Shown here one piece after another: positions 49,124-59,017 of a DNA stretch of 64,000 bases. The DNA comes from Spirochaetia bacterium (GTDB taxonomy: Bacteria > Spirochaetota > Spirochaetia > UBA9216): assembly GCA_963677925.2 (NCBI GenBank), contig CAXXYH010000004.1:1696001-1760000 (forward strand). The letters run 5' to 3'. The translations under genes were made by a program, and so were the position numbers. Every line of letters starts with the position of its first letter. Position 1 is the stretch's first letter. Below the pieces are notes generated by a model. It was given only the letters and a program-made list of their open reading frames with translations. It ran no database searches and was not told the origin of the DNA.

Positions 49124-49819
49124 TTGAAGATTCTTTATTTAGACGATATTCCTGTTCTTCTTAAACGTAAGAACGTGAAAAATATCAACCTGTCAATTCA
49201 TCCTCCAAATGGAGAAGTACGCATTACATCGCCGCTTCTTGCAACAGAAAAATCTGTAATGAAGTTTGCATATTCACGTCTTGACTGGATTATCAAGCAT
49301 AGGCAGAAGTACGCTACGAATGAACCGCTTCAGGAGCTAAGGATGATCTCAGGCGAAGTTCATTATTACCGCGGGAAAGCTTATACCCTGAAGCTGATTG
49401 AGGGTGCTGCCCAGTCTGGAATTGAAATTGCAGGAAAGAATATGTACATGTACTGCAGGGGGGAATCAGATTATGAAAGAAGAAAACGGCTTTTATATTC
49501 ATGGTACAGGACTGATCTTGCTGCAAGAATTGATGTCCTCAAACCGAAATGGAAGCATCTGATAAAACTTGAGCCTGAATCGGTGAGTTTTCGTAAAATG
49601 AAGGCAAGATGGGGAAGCTGCAGTATAAGTTCAAGACACATACGCCTCAATACTGAACTGGCAAAACTGTCAGATGCCTGCCTTGAATATGTTTATGTTC
49701 ATGAGCTGGTACATCTTTTGGAAAGGGCGCACAACCGTCGCTTTTACAGCTATATGGACAGCTTCCTCCCCGGCTGGAGAAAAACCAGAGCAATTCTGAA
49801 CGGCAGAAAAACTGTTTAA
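49124..49819 (+). CDS. YgjP/DUF45 (M48-like) metalloprotein
   Basis: RWGSCS, YVYVHELVH, HNRRFY. Confidence 0.88.
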   Translation: MKILYLDDIPVLLKRKNVKNINLSIHPPNGEVRITSPLLATEKSVMKFAYSRLDWIIKHRQKYATNEPLQELRMISGEVHYYRGKAYTLKLIEGAAQSGIEIAGKNMYMYCRGESDYERRKRLLYSWYRTDLAARIDVLKPKWKHLIKLEPESVSFRKMKARWGSCSISSRHIRLNTELAKLSDACLEYVYVHELVHLLERAHNRRFYSYMDSFLPGWRKTRAILNGRKTV

Positions 49820-50796
49820 GAGGCTTTTTTTACCAGCACCCTGTCTGTATTTGAGCTCTTTTCCGGGTTTTTCGGTTTTATCAGTGTAAAAACCGAACCT
49901 GCACTTATCAAAGCTATTCCAACTGCCGTTGTGAACCCTGTCACCTCATTTAGAATAAGATAACTCAATAGGGCTGCAAGAAAGGGCTTTATATAGAATA
50001 CGGAAGAGGCCGCCTGAGCCGATGTGTTTCTTATCGCCAGTGCATAGAGGGTATATCCCAATCCTGTTACAAATATGCTGACATACAGAAGAACCGGAAG
50101 ATTCGAAAGGCTTATTCCTGAAGTAATCGGGATTGATGCAAATATTTCCAGACCTGCACTTTGAAGTAATGAAACTGCCGGATTGAGATGACTGATAAAA
50201 ATGAGAAAAAGCATTTCAAGTCCGGCAGCAATAAAGCTGAAGCAGGTGACTGCCATTACTCCCAGCCGGCTGCTTTTTGTCCGGCCGAGAACCCCGTAAA
50301 GTGAGAACGCTGTTGCGCCGCATATTGTTAAAACAATACCCTGCACAGGTGATGCAGAAATATTAAAAGGGGCGGCAATCAATATGATTCCGGCTGCTGC
50401 CAGAACTGCGCTGAAAACAGTGAAAATGTTAATTTTCTCTTTGAGTATCAGTGCAGCAAATACGGCAGTAAAAACCGGGTTACAGCTGAAAATAACCGCT
50501 ACAACAGATGCAGGAGTCTCAATCAGAGCTGTCTGATAGAAGGCCATGCTGACGGTGATACCAGCAAAGCCGGTAAGCAGAAAGAACAGCAGATCTATTG
50601 CCCTGATTCTGATTCCCTTCCTTCTGAGGTAACTGATAGTGAAGGGAAGCAGGAACAATCCGCCTATAGTAAACCTGATAAAGTTGAGCTGAACGGGATT
50701 GAAATCCCCTGCAATCTGTTTTAGAGCTATTTCCATTGTGCTGAATAGTACAGTTGATGCAGCAATGCAGAATAAGCCTTTTGTACTATGATTCAT
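49816..50796 (-). CDS. EamA/DMT transporter
   Basis: About 10 TM segments in two EamA repeats. Confidence 0.88.
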   Translation of the reverse strand: MNHSTKGLFCIAASTVLFSTMEIALKQIAGDFNPVQLNFIRFTIGGLFLLPFTISYLRRKGIRIRAIDLLFFLLTGFAGITVSMAFYQTALIETPASVVAVIFSCNPVFTAVFAALILKEKINIFTVFSAVLAAAGIILIAAPFNISASPVQGIVLTICGATAFSLYGVLGRTKSSRLGVMAVTCFSFIAAGLEMLFLIFISHLNPAVSLLQSAGLEIFASIPITSGISLSNLPVLLYVSIFVTGLGYTLYALAIRNTSAQAASSVFYIKPFLAALLSYLILNEVTGFTTAVGIALISAGSVFTLIKPKNPEKSSNTDRVLVKKAS

Positions 50797-50992
50797 ATCA
50801 AGTACAGGTAAACATTTTTAACGAAATTAATCAATATAGGTTAACTTTGTTGCGCAGCTTTTTAAGTATTTGTAAACGAAATGTGATGCAGAAATGTTAA
50901 TTATATGAACTGAGTGTAAAATCTGCCTACTTAACTTGACGATCCCCACCTTTCCTGATTATCTATTAATTATCCTATAAAAGGAGTACGAG

Positions 50993-51694
50993 ATGGATAC
51001 AAGGGACAATTATTTTAATCCCGCAATGGCGCGGGAGAGAAGTATTATAAAGAATGTTTATCTTTGGATGACCGGAGGGCTGGCACTTACCGGTGTAATC
51101 GCTTACTGGCTGGCCGGTAATCAGTCGGTAATGTACACGCTGGTTTCAAACCCCATGCTGTTTTTCGGAGCAGTTATCGGAGAGCTCATTCTTGTGATGT
51201 TTATGTCGAGAAGGCTGATGAATATGAGCAGCATGGCTGCAACACTTTCTTTCACTGCCTATGCCGCACTTAACGGTGTGACTTTATCAGTAATTTTTCT
51301 TGCCTATACAGGAGCCACAATATCTCTGGCTTTTTTCACAACTGCGGCTATGTTCGGAGGAATGAGCCTCTATGCCGTGACCACAAAGCGTGAACTTCAG
51401 GGGATGGCTCACTATCTTATGATGGGTCTGATAGGAATTATTATCGCTACGATTATTAATTTCTTTCTTCAGAGCTCAGCACTGTATTACCTTATTTCAT
51501 ATATCGGGGTTGCTGTTTTTATGGGACTGACAGCCTATGATACCCAGCAGATTATGAGAATGAGCAGGCAGTTCAGCGGCGGTGTGGATGAGACCAATTA
51601 CATGCGTCTCTCAATCATGGGTGCGCTTAAACTGTATCTTGATTTTATAAATATTTTCCTCTTTGTTTTGAGAATCTTCGGACGAAGAAGATAG
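50993..51694 (+). CDS. Bax inhibitor-1/YccA family membrane protein
   Basis: VYLWM, AYDTQ, ALKLYLDFINIF. Confidence 0.93.
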   Translation: MDTRDNYFNPAMARERSIIKNVYLWMTGGLALTGVIAYWLAGNQSVMYTLVSNPMLFFGAVIGELILVMFMSRRLMNMSSMAATLSFTAYAALNGVTLSVIFLAYTGATISLAFFTTAAMFGGMSLYAVTTKRELQGMAHYLMMGLIGIIIATIINFFLQSSALYYLISYIGVAVFMGLTAYDTQQIMRMSRQFSGGVDETNYMRLSIMGALKLYLDFINIFLFVLRIFGRRR

Positions 51695-51713
51695 ATTACA
51701 CATTACACACAAC

Positions 51714-51761
51714 AAAAAAATTAGGAGCTGAAAGAAGTAATTCTTCCAGCTCCTTTTTTTT
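51714..51761. terminator. Bidirectional terminator
   Basis: A tract, then AGGAGCTGAAAGAA...TTCTTCCAGCTCCT, then T tract, between convergent genes. Confidence 0.75.
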
Positions 51762-53829
51762 ATCTTTCAGTAATTTTTTTCGTATCGATTTTCTGAATTT
51801 TCAGGCAGATTTTTTCAAGATTTTCAATTTCCAGGGGGATTATTTCCGCCATATATTTTTTCTGATTTTCAAGTTCCTGACTCAATGTTATGAGCTCTTC
51901 CTCAAAATCTGCTTCAGGCTGATTAACCTTTGATTTGAGAGATTGAACTGTTTCCCAAAGATCGGCTGTATGCTGGATCTGATTCGTGCCCCAGAAAAGT
52001 CTATCACTGTTCTCTTTCCCGAAAATTTGATCAATATGATACTGAACAACCTCCCGGCTGAAAAACAGGCTGTACCAGTGGCAGTCGATCTTCTTAATTA
52101 TTCTATCAACTGCATATTCAGCATCACCGGCTTTAAGCCGTGCAACTGCTTCGGCAAGCAGTTCAATATTTCTCTGTGACTGCTCATGGGGGACTATGGG
52201 CACATCGTTCCAGTCGAGATTATATAAGGAGTCCTGAATATCCCTGAAAATATCAAGCATCAGTTTGTTTGCTTTATAGGCGGTATCTTTAATCTGCTTT
52301 TTCTGCTTTTCAGACAGCTCTGAACTGCTTAAGTAATAATCATTCGCTGCCGCTGTCTGTTCGAACAGCCTGGCCCCGGCTTTTTTAAGCTTTTCAGCAG
52401 CAGAAAGCAGCGCCTCAGAATTTACGCCGGCATCATCAAAGGCGGCTGTTCTAATACTTTTTACTATTCTTGCTGCCTGCTGAGAGAAATCAAGTTCCAG
52501 AAAAGGTGAGTTATCCATCTTTATTACAAGAGCACCAAAGTATTCAAGATTGTACCTGAAAACATCTTCTTCCCAGGTCGAAGGATCATCGAACTGGGTA
52601 TGATATTTCTGAAGGTAGAAATCCTGTTCTTTCGGAAAGGTCTTTGAGCCTCTTGCATTGCAGGTCGAAGGTACTCCTGCCTGATTGTAGGAGTAGGAAT
52701 CAGTCCAGCTGCTTATATGGTAATCTATCTCACTGAAACCTTCCGGGTAGAGACTATGCGGATCCGGAGCCTGCTTTCTGAAGCGTTTGAGCATGCTGAA
52801 TAGCTCAGGCGCCGAGTCTATGTAGTATGAGGGATCAAGAATTGTGTGTGCCGGATGCTCGAAATTCAGGAAGGCCAGAGCCTTGCCCTTCCATTCAGGA
52901 TGCACATGGTTAATCTGGTTCCAGGCTCCTATTGCCCAGTCGTAATGTGTTCCTATAGATCCCCATTCTTCCGCTCCGTGGAGTACGAACAGCAGTGTCT
53001 TCTCCGGCTTGTAGCCGGATTTAATGAGCGCATCCGCTATCGATAATACCAGAGCGACACCGGCGGAATCGTCCTGGAAGCCCCAGAAGTGGGTATCGTA
53101 GTGATCTCCGATAATTATTATTTCATCGGAGTTTCCGGGGATTTCACCGACAATGTTATAACTTGTCCCGCCGGCAGAGACTATATTGTCCACTTTAAGA
53201 TTAATCTCAACCTTGCCTTCATCAAGTAATTTTTTCAGTTTAGCTGAATCATTCACACTGATATTTACAGATGGAATGCTCAATCTGCAGGCTGCGTTCT
53301 GTACATTATATGCGTCATTGCTGCAGCGTCCGTAACCTCCGGTACTGCTGCTGATTACCGCGGCGGCTCCGTGCAGTTCCGCTTCAAGGGTGGGGTAGGC
53401 AATTTCCCAGTCGTTATACATGTCTATGTCGATTAAAACAATTTTATCTTTTACATCAAGCCCCTTGTAATCATTCATCGTTCCCCGTCCGGCACAGACA
53501 AGTTCAGCTGTAATACCTTCGGCTGATGTTCCGCCGGTGGCATAGGCGTAGGGAGAAAGAGTCAGCTCAATATCCGGTACTGTCACTGAAAGAGAACTGC
53601 CGTTGAACTGCCAGATATCTGCGGAAAAGCCCTCCTTCCTTACATTCATCAGCCCGATGGATTTCATCTTTTCGACAAGAAAATCTGCAGTGCGGTGTTC
53701 GGCTTCACTTCCGGACTGCCGCCCGCCTAAAGGGCTGTTGAACAGCTCAGGCTTAGTCAGTTCAAGGGCAATGTTATATCCGAAAGATGGATCGGTGTTT
53801 TCAATGAAACGTTTAATGCTTGTGTCCAT
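51760..53829 (-). CDS. M28 family metallopeptidase with PA domain
   Basis: GDHYD, QDDSAG, AEEWG, YHTQFD and a PA insert. Start at ATG 53829 after GGAG. Confidence 0.85.
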   Translation of the reverse strand: MDTSIKRFIENTDPSFGYNIALELTKPELFNSPLGGRQSGSEAEHRTADFLVEKMKSIGLMNVRKEGFSADIWQFNGSSLSVTVPDIELTLSPYAYATGGTSAEGITAELVCAGRGTMNDYKGLDVKDKIVLIDIDMYNDWEIAYPTLEAELHGAAAVISSSTGGYGRCSNDAYNVQNAACRLSIPSVNISVNDSAKLKKLLDEGKVEINLKVDNIVSAGGTSYNIVGEIPGNSDEIIIIGDHYDTHFWGFQDDSAGVALVLSIADALIKSGYKPEKTLLFVLHGAEEWGSIGTHYDWAIGAWNQINHVHPEWKGKALAFLNFEHPAHTILDPSYYIDSAPELFSMLKRFRKQAPDPHSLYPEGFSEIDYHISSWTDSYSYNQAGVPSTCNARGSKTFPKEQDFYLQKYHTQFDDPSTWEEDVFRYNLEYFGALVIKMDNSPFLELDFSQQAARIVKSIRTAAFDDAGVNSEALLSAAEKLKKAGARLFEQTAAANDYYLSSSELSEKQKKQIKDTAYKANKLMLDIFRDIQDSLYNLDWNDVPIVPHEQSQRNIELLAEAVARLKAGDAEYAVDRIIKKIDCHWYSLFFSREVVQYHIDQIFGKENSDRLFWGTNQIQHTADLWETVQSLKSKVNQPEADFEEELITLSQELENQKKYMAEIIPLEIENLEKICLKIQKIDTKKITER

Positions 53830-53950
53830 AATAACTCCCACAGACATATTAATGAGTTTCCGTTTTTGTAACAATATTAAATTGCGAAAATAGTTGTGTG
53901 ATTGCGAATATAGAAGACTATGATAGGTTCCGTACAGCTGTATTTTAACA

Positions 53951-53972
53951 GCTGCGGCCTTTAAGCCGCAGC
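53951..53972 (-). terminator. Hairpin, probable terminator of the leftward sugar operon
   Basis: GCTGCGGC-CTTTAA-GCCGCAGC. Confidence 0.55.
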
Positions 53973-53982
53973 CGCAGAACGG

Positions 53983-54921
53983 CTAATCAAGATTATCAAG
54001 AAGATTTTTTACAGCAGCCTCAGTAGCTCTGTCGATGCTCTCGGCAGTGAAACCGCCTATGTGTGATGTAAGGATTACCTTATCATGTTTTAGGAGCGGA
54101 GATAATTCAGGCGGTTCACTGTCAAAGGCATCAACTGCATACCCGGCAATGATACCCTTGTCCAGAGCTGAAAGCAGGGCGTTCTGATCCACCAGCGCGG
54201 AACGAGCTGTATTTATCAGATAAGTACCTTTCCTGCATAGGCCGAGAGTTTCTGAATTTATCAACGGAATCGAACCGGCAGGACAGTGAAGGCTGATTAT
54301 ATCACTTGAGCTGAAAAGTACATTAATTGATTCATAGCTGAATCCGGGGATCCTTTCCGGCAGTTCGGGGGTCGGGTATGGATCATATGCAATAATCTTC
54401 ATATCCAGCCCGGCAGCCATTTTGGCAGTATACTGACCAATCTGGCCTGTCCCGATAATACCAAGTGTTCTTCCGTCAACTTCAAAGCCTTTTGTTCTAT
54501 GCCATCCTCCGTTTTTTACTGAACTGTTTGTAGAGGAAATATCGCGGAGCAGTGTCAGCATTAGGGTAATGGCAAGTTCTGCAACGCCCCTGGAATTTGC
54601 GCCTCTTGCAACCTGCAGTGATATTCCCATTTCACCGGCTGCCCGGGCATCAACATTATCAATACCGACGCCGTTTCGGCTTATTACACGCAGCTTATCG
54701 CATTTTTTCAGAACTTCTGCACTGACTTTTTCTACACCTGCCAGGTAGCCTGCACATTCCGGGAGAACTGATGATAGTTCCTCTATTGAAGGCTGAACTC
54801 CCGGGAAGGGCATTATAACTTCGTAGCCGGCTTCTCTTAACCTTTCCAGAAATGGGTGCCCGCTCTTACTCAGAGAACGGGGGGTTACCAGAATCTTTCC
54901 TTTGTTTATCTGCATCTTCAT
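53983..54921 (-). CDS. D-isomer 2-hydroxyacid dehydrogenase (SerA-like, no ACT domain)
   Basis: SRNGVGIDNVD, GTGQIG, YDP, INTAR, EP, HIGG. Confidence 0.9.
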   Translation of the reverse strand: MKMQINKGKILVTPRSLSKSGHPFLERLREAGYEVIMPFPGVQPSIEELSSVLPECAGYLAGVEKVSAEVLKKCDKLRVISRNGVGIDNVDARAAGEMGISLQVARGANSRGVAELAITLMLTLLRDISSTNSSVKNGGWHRTKGFEVDGRTLGIIGTGQIGQYTAKMAAGLDMKIIAYDPYPTPELPERIPGFSYESINVLFSSSDIISLHCPAGSIPLINSETLGLCRKGTYLINTARSALVDQNALLSALDKGIIAGYAVDAFDSEPPELSPLLKHDKVILTSHIGGFTAESIDRATEAAVKNLLDNLD

Positions 54922-55499
54922 TCAGTCCATTTTGGGTTATCAATTACTTTCCAGTTTCCTTCTTCTTCAACCACAAGTTTTCTGAAACCCTTTTCTTTTA
55001 TGGCCCCGTAATCATGACCTGCATCAGCCCTGAATACATAAAATGTGATCAGGGTTTCTGTATCAGACAGATTGATGCTCCTGTGTGCATATCGTCCGGG
55101 TACATATACAGCCTGACTGGGCCGCATTTCCTTGTACATGATATCGCCTTCAGGATTTTCCATCATCATCATTCCATAACCGGCCTGGCAGTAGTATATT
55201 TCAGCTGTGTCAATAATTGTATGAAAGTGACCGTTTGTCATGTTGTATTCATTTCCAACCTTGCCGGGGTAGACAATGCTTGTTCCAAAACATAGATCAC
55301 CTGCCTTTTCAGGAACCCCGAAATCATAGAACCGGTAAACCAGATCATTATTGTTTTCTTCCAGTACATGTCTGGCCGCCTCATCGTGATACATGTTTTT
55401 CATATCAGAGTATCTTCTTTCAAGTGCCGGAATGCTGTCGGTTAATCCTGTTGCTGGATCGAAGTAGGTTGGTTTTTCAATAAAAAAAGGTATATCCAT
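54918..55499 (-). CDS. Cupin-type (archaeal-type) glucose-6-phosphate isomerase family protein
   Basis: PGKVGNEY, TNGHFH, AEIYY, YAHRSIN, AGHDYG. Confidence 0.88.
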   Translation of the reverse strand: MDIPFFIEKPTYFDPATGLTDSIPALERRYSDMKNMYHDEAARHVLEENNNDLVYRFYDFGVPEKAGDLCFGTSIVYPGKVGNEYNMTNGHFHTIIDTAEIYYCQAGYGMMMMENPEGDIMYKEMRPSQAVYVPGRYAHRSINLSDTETLITFYVFRADAGHDYGAIKEKGFRKLVVEEEGNWKVIDNPKWTE

Positions 55500-55502
55500 T
55501 AT

Positions 55503-56453
55503 TTAACTCCTTGTCGATGCGGCTATTTCTGATAGTTTTTCAAATTCAGGTCCGCTTGTCGGTATATCAATATGGAAGACTTCTGCTATCACCCTGGTCC
55601 ATCCATGAATGAAGTAGAACCATCCATCCTCTATTCTTAAGTTCTTACTTTTCTTCTGTGCTGAAGCCTGCCCCAGGAATATGAGTTCACCTCTATAGTT
55701 GAAATCCCAGATAATTCCGTTCTCGGGAAACACAACATTATCTGTCAGAGGTGACCCCGGGGAATCCTTACCAAGGCCGGTTGCATTGGCTATTAATGCT
55801 CCCGGACTCAGCTGTGAAACAATCCTGTCGTTGTCTGCTGCGGAAGGACATAGATGATATTCAAACGGGGCATCGGTGTTGAGCTTTTTATGAATTTGCT
55901 TCATTTCGTTCAGTCTCGTTTCTGAACGGTTTGTGATAATAATTTTTTTCGGCAGTATACCGCCGGACTTGTGTTTATTTATAAGATAAAGGCTTAAGGC
56001 CAGTGATGAGCCTCCAGCGCCTATCAGCATCAGCTCCGCTCCGGCGTTTTCCCAGTATTCATCTGAAGCAATAGCTTCCAGGGAAAGTCCGCTGGTTATA
56101 GGGTCTTTTGCATGGGCCCATAATTCTGTGCCGCGTTTTGAAATTGAACTGGCTTCATCAAGGAGCTGTGTATATTCTCCCTTTCCTTCAAAGAGATCTC
56201 CGCAGGCCTTCATCAGATCAAGTTTGTGTGTAGTTACAAGGGCTCCCAGAGACAGCCTGTCATGTTTTATGAAATCGACTGCCTCCCTGTACAATTCCGG
56301 ACTGGAATGCGGTACAAAATCAAAGCCTTTAATAACAGCATTCAATCCAAGATGTTGTGCCCATTTTGGAAAGACTTTCATAATTGATGATTTTCCGGTT
56401 GTGACTCCGATAAAATACATTGTTCTTTCTTCTGCAGGACTGTAGGTATTCAT
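55503..56453 (-). CDS. Shikimate-dehydrogenase-fold oxidoreductase (not canonical AroE)
   Basis: LVTTHK, AKDP, GAGGS, TNRS, NATGLG, DFNY. Start at ATG 56453 after AGGAG. Confidence 0.8.
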   Translation of the reverse strand: MNTYSPAEERTMYFIGVTTGKSSIMKVFPKWAQHLGLNAVIKGFDFVPHSSPELYREAVDFIKHDRLSLGALVTTHKLDLMKACGDLFEGKGEYTQLLDEASSISKRGTELWAHAKDPITSGLSLEAIASDEYWENAGAELMLIGAGGSSLALSLYLINKHKSGGILPKKIIITNRSETRLNEMKQIHKKLNTDAPFEYHLCPSAADNDRIVSQLSPGALIANATGLGKDSPGSPLTDNVVFPENGIIWDFNYRGELIFLGQASAQKKSKNLRIEDGWFYFIHGWTRVIAEVFHIDIPTSGPEFEKLSEIAASTRS

Positions 56454-56481
56454 AATAATTCTCCTGAAGTCTATAAATAAT

Positions 56482-56569
56482 AACAAATGATAATTATATG
56501 TTGCTATATTATGATGATAATTGACGTAAGTCAATAGTAAGTGATAGTATATATTTAGCAAATGATAAT
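56482..56569. promoter_or_regulatory. Divergent promoter region with four TGATA(A/G)T repeats and a TTGAC-N4-GTCAA palindrome
   Basis: Repeats at 56488, 56515, 56542 and 56563; palindrome at 56520-56535. Confidence 0.6.
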
Positions 56570-56593
56570 AAATTGCCAAGAAGGAGATATTAA

Positions 56594-57226
56594 TTGGATG
56601 TATTTAACAGAATAAAAGAAGAGAAACTGGTTCCTGTGATAAAGCTGGAAAATCATTTAAATGCAGTTCCTCTTGCTGAAAGTCTTGCGGCAGGAGGAAT
56701 CAGGGTTGCGGAGATCACCTTTAGAACGGCCGCTGCTGCAGCTTCTATAAAAAGTATCAGAAAAGAATGCCCCGGTATTCTTGTCGGGGCTGGAACTGTT
56801 CTGACTCTTGACCAGCTGGAACAGGCTGTTGAGGCGGGAGCGGAGTTTATTGTGGCCCCTGGCTATAATCCGGTCATTGTCAACGCCTGTCTGAAAAGAC
56901 AGATACCGGTAATTCCAGGGGTAACTAATCCATCCCAGATTGAAGTGGCCATGTACGCAGGTCTTGGTATTCTGAAATTCTTTCCGGCAGCATTGTCTGG
57001 CGGAATTCCCATGCTGAAAACATTTGGAAGCGTGTACAGTGCAGAGTTTATGCCCACCGGCGGATTGAATGAGGTGAATTTTACAGATTATCTGGCTCTT
57101 CCAAATGTATGCGCCTGCGGAGGGAGCTGGATGGTTAAACCTGAGCTGATAAACACCGGTCAATTTGATAAAATCTCTCAATTGAGTGCTTCTGCTAAAA
57201 GTATAATCAACGGTTCGGATAATTAA
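56594..57226 (+). CDS. eda: KDPG/KHG aldolase
   Basis: EITFRT, GAGTV, KFFPA, PTGG, GGSW. Confidence 0.93.
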   Translation: MDVFNRIKEEKLVPVIKLENHLNAVPLAESLAAGGIRVAEITFRTAAAAASIKSIRKECPGILVGAGTVLTLDQLEQAVEAGAEFIVAPGYNPVIVNACLKRQIPVIPGVTNPSQIEVAMYAGLGILKFFPAALSGGIPMLKTFGSVYSAEFMPTGGLNEVNFTDYLALPNVCACGGSWMVKPELINTGQFDKISQLSASAKSIINGSDN

Positions 57227-58072
57227 ATGATTTTCCGCAGAGACAGAAACCCGGTTGAATCATACAGAAGCAAACTTCCGGACAATCCTGTTCTATGGTG
57301 GCTGGGGCAGGCCGGATTTCTGCTTGGTATGGGCGGAAAGAGAATTTTGATTGATCCATATCTGTCTGATTTCCTTGCGCAGAAATACAGTGGGACTGTT
57401 TATCCGCACAAGCGGATGATGCCGCCCCCGCTGAAAATTAGTGATGTGGAAAAAATCGATTACTGTCTGTGTTCACATTCTCATTCTGATCATATGGATC
57501 CCGGACTCTTACCGCTTTTGAGTGTACAAAACCCTTCGTGTATTTTTATTGTACCATATGCTGTAAAAGAAGTAGCTATTGAGCGTGGAGTTCCTTCCGC
57601 CAGGTTGATATGTATAGATGCCGGTGATGAATATCCTTTGGGCGGGGAAATGATGCTTTCCGCTGTTCCATCGGCTCATGAAGAGCTGAAGCAGGATTCC
57701 GAAGGCAGATACTTTTTCCTCGGTTATATCATCAAATGGAATGATTATACTGTCTACCATTCCGGTGACTGTATACCGTATCCTGGACTGGACAGCTGGA
57801 TTATGAAATTTAATATAGATCTTGCCTTGCTGCCGGTGAACGGAAGAAGCCCGGAGTTAAGCCGCAGTGGCATTCTAGGTAACTTTAATATAAATGAAGT
57901 TTGTCAAATAGTGCGCAAGCATGGTATAAAGTATATTATTCCGCATCATTTCGGAATGTTTGATTTTAATACGGTTTCCAGGCAGTCTATTGATTCTGCT
58001 GTAAGGCAGAACAGCCTTGAAGAAAGAGTTTTTCCTGCTGAAACCGGTATAATGTATTCATTAAGCAGGTAA
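57227..58072 (+). CDS. Metallo-beta-lactamase fold hydrolase (UlaG-like lactonase)
   Basis: WLGQAGF, IDPYLS, SHSHSDHMD, HSGD, IPHH. Confidence 0.85.
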   Translation: MIFRRDRNPVESYRSKLPDNPVLWWLGQAGFLLGMGGKRILIDPYLSDFLAQKYSGTVYPHKRMMPPPLKISDVEKIDYCLCSHSHSDHMDPGLLPLLSVQNPSCIFIVPYAVKEVAIERGVPSARLICIDAGDEYPLGGEMMLSAVPSAHEELKQDSEGRYFFLGYIIKWNDYTVYHSGDCIPYPGLDSWIMKFNIDLALLPVNGRSPELSRSGILGNFNINEVCQIVRKHGIKYIIPHHFGMFDFNTVSRQSIDSAVRQNSLEERVFPAETGIMYSLSR

Positions 58073-58077
58073 TATTT

Positions 58078-58881
58078 ATGGCAGAAGAAAACGGGGCGGA
58101 TAAAACCTTATTTGCAGAAGAGCGGAAGAGGCAGATAGTTGATTATATCAATGAAAAAAGAAGGGTAACCGTTCCTGAATTATGTGAATATTTTTCAGTT
58201 TCCGGTGCTACAATGCGCAATGACCTCCGTGAGCTGGGAAAATCAGGGCAGATAACCAGAACACACGGCGGGGCAGTGAGACGCTCACAGACCGGTTATG
58301 AACCGGTGATGGATTTCCGTGCAGATAAAAACATTGAAGCAAAGAGAAAGATTGCCCGGCTTGCCATTAATGAGATTGATGACGGTGATACGATAATACT
58401 CGATACAGGTACCACAATTAAGGAACTTGCTGTTCTTCTTAAGAATAGAAATAATTTGTCTGTTGTCACCAATGATATAAAAGTAGCAGCAGAACTGGAA
58501 AATGCCCCCGGCTGTGAAGTTTATCTTATAGGAGGACTTCTTAGAAAAGGGTTTCACTGCACTGTAGCAAATGAAGTTTTTACAGATCTTCGAAAAATTT
58601 CGGTGGATAAAGTTTTTCTGGGTGCAAATTCTTTCTCTGCAAGAAAGGGGGCCAGTACACCGGATGTTGGACAGTCTGATATTAAGCGTCAGATGATTGA
58701 GATCTCATCAAAAGTCATACTTCTTTGCGACAGTACAAAGCTTGAAACTGATTCATTCATTAATTTCGCATCGACTGAGCAGATTGATCTGCTTATCACA
58801 GATACTGTTTCTGCAGATTTAAAAGAGCTCTATGAGAGTCTGGAAATTAACGTAACCTCCGGGCCGGGAACTGAAGTTTAA
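58078..58881 (+). CDS. DeoR/GlpR family regulator
   Basis: ERKRQI, VSGATMRNDL, RTHGGA, LDTGTT. Confidence 0.94.
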   Translation: MAEENGADKTLFAEERKRQIVDYINEKRRVTVPELCEYFSVSGATMRNDLRELGKSGQITRTHGGAVRRSQTGYEPVMDFRADKNIEAKRKIARLAINEIDDGDTIILDTGTTIKELAVLLKNRNNLSVVTNDIKVAAELENAPGCEVYLIGGLLRKGFHCTVANEVFTDLRKISVDKVFLGANSFSARKGASTPDVGQSDIKRQMIEISSKVILLCDSTKLETDSFINFASTEQIDLLITDTVSADLKELYESLEINVTSGPGTEV

Positions 58882-59017
58882 GAGCCTCTTCAAAGAACCG
58901 CATCACGGGTGCAGTTTTAGCTTTTCTAATCCTTTTCTTTTTCAGAACTAATACTCTTTTAATATCCGCATACTGGTATTACAATAAATTAATAAAAAAA
59001 TAAAAAGGAGCATAAAG

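Noticed and set aside
56454-56579. Repetitive N-terminal extension (YYHLL repeats) of the AroE-like ORF
   Set aside because: An artefact of translating the TGATAAT operator repeats; the RBS supports ATG 56453.
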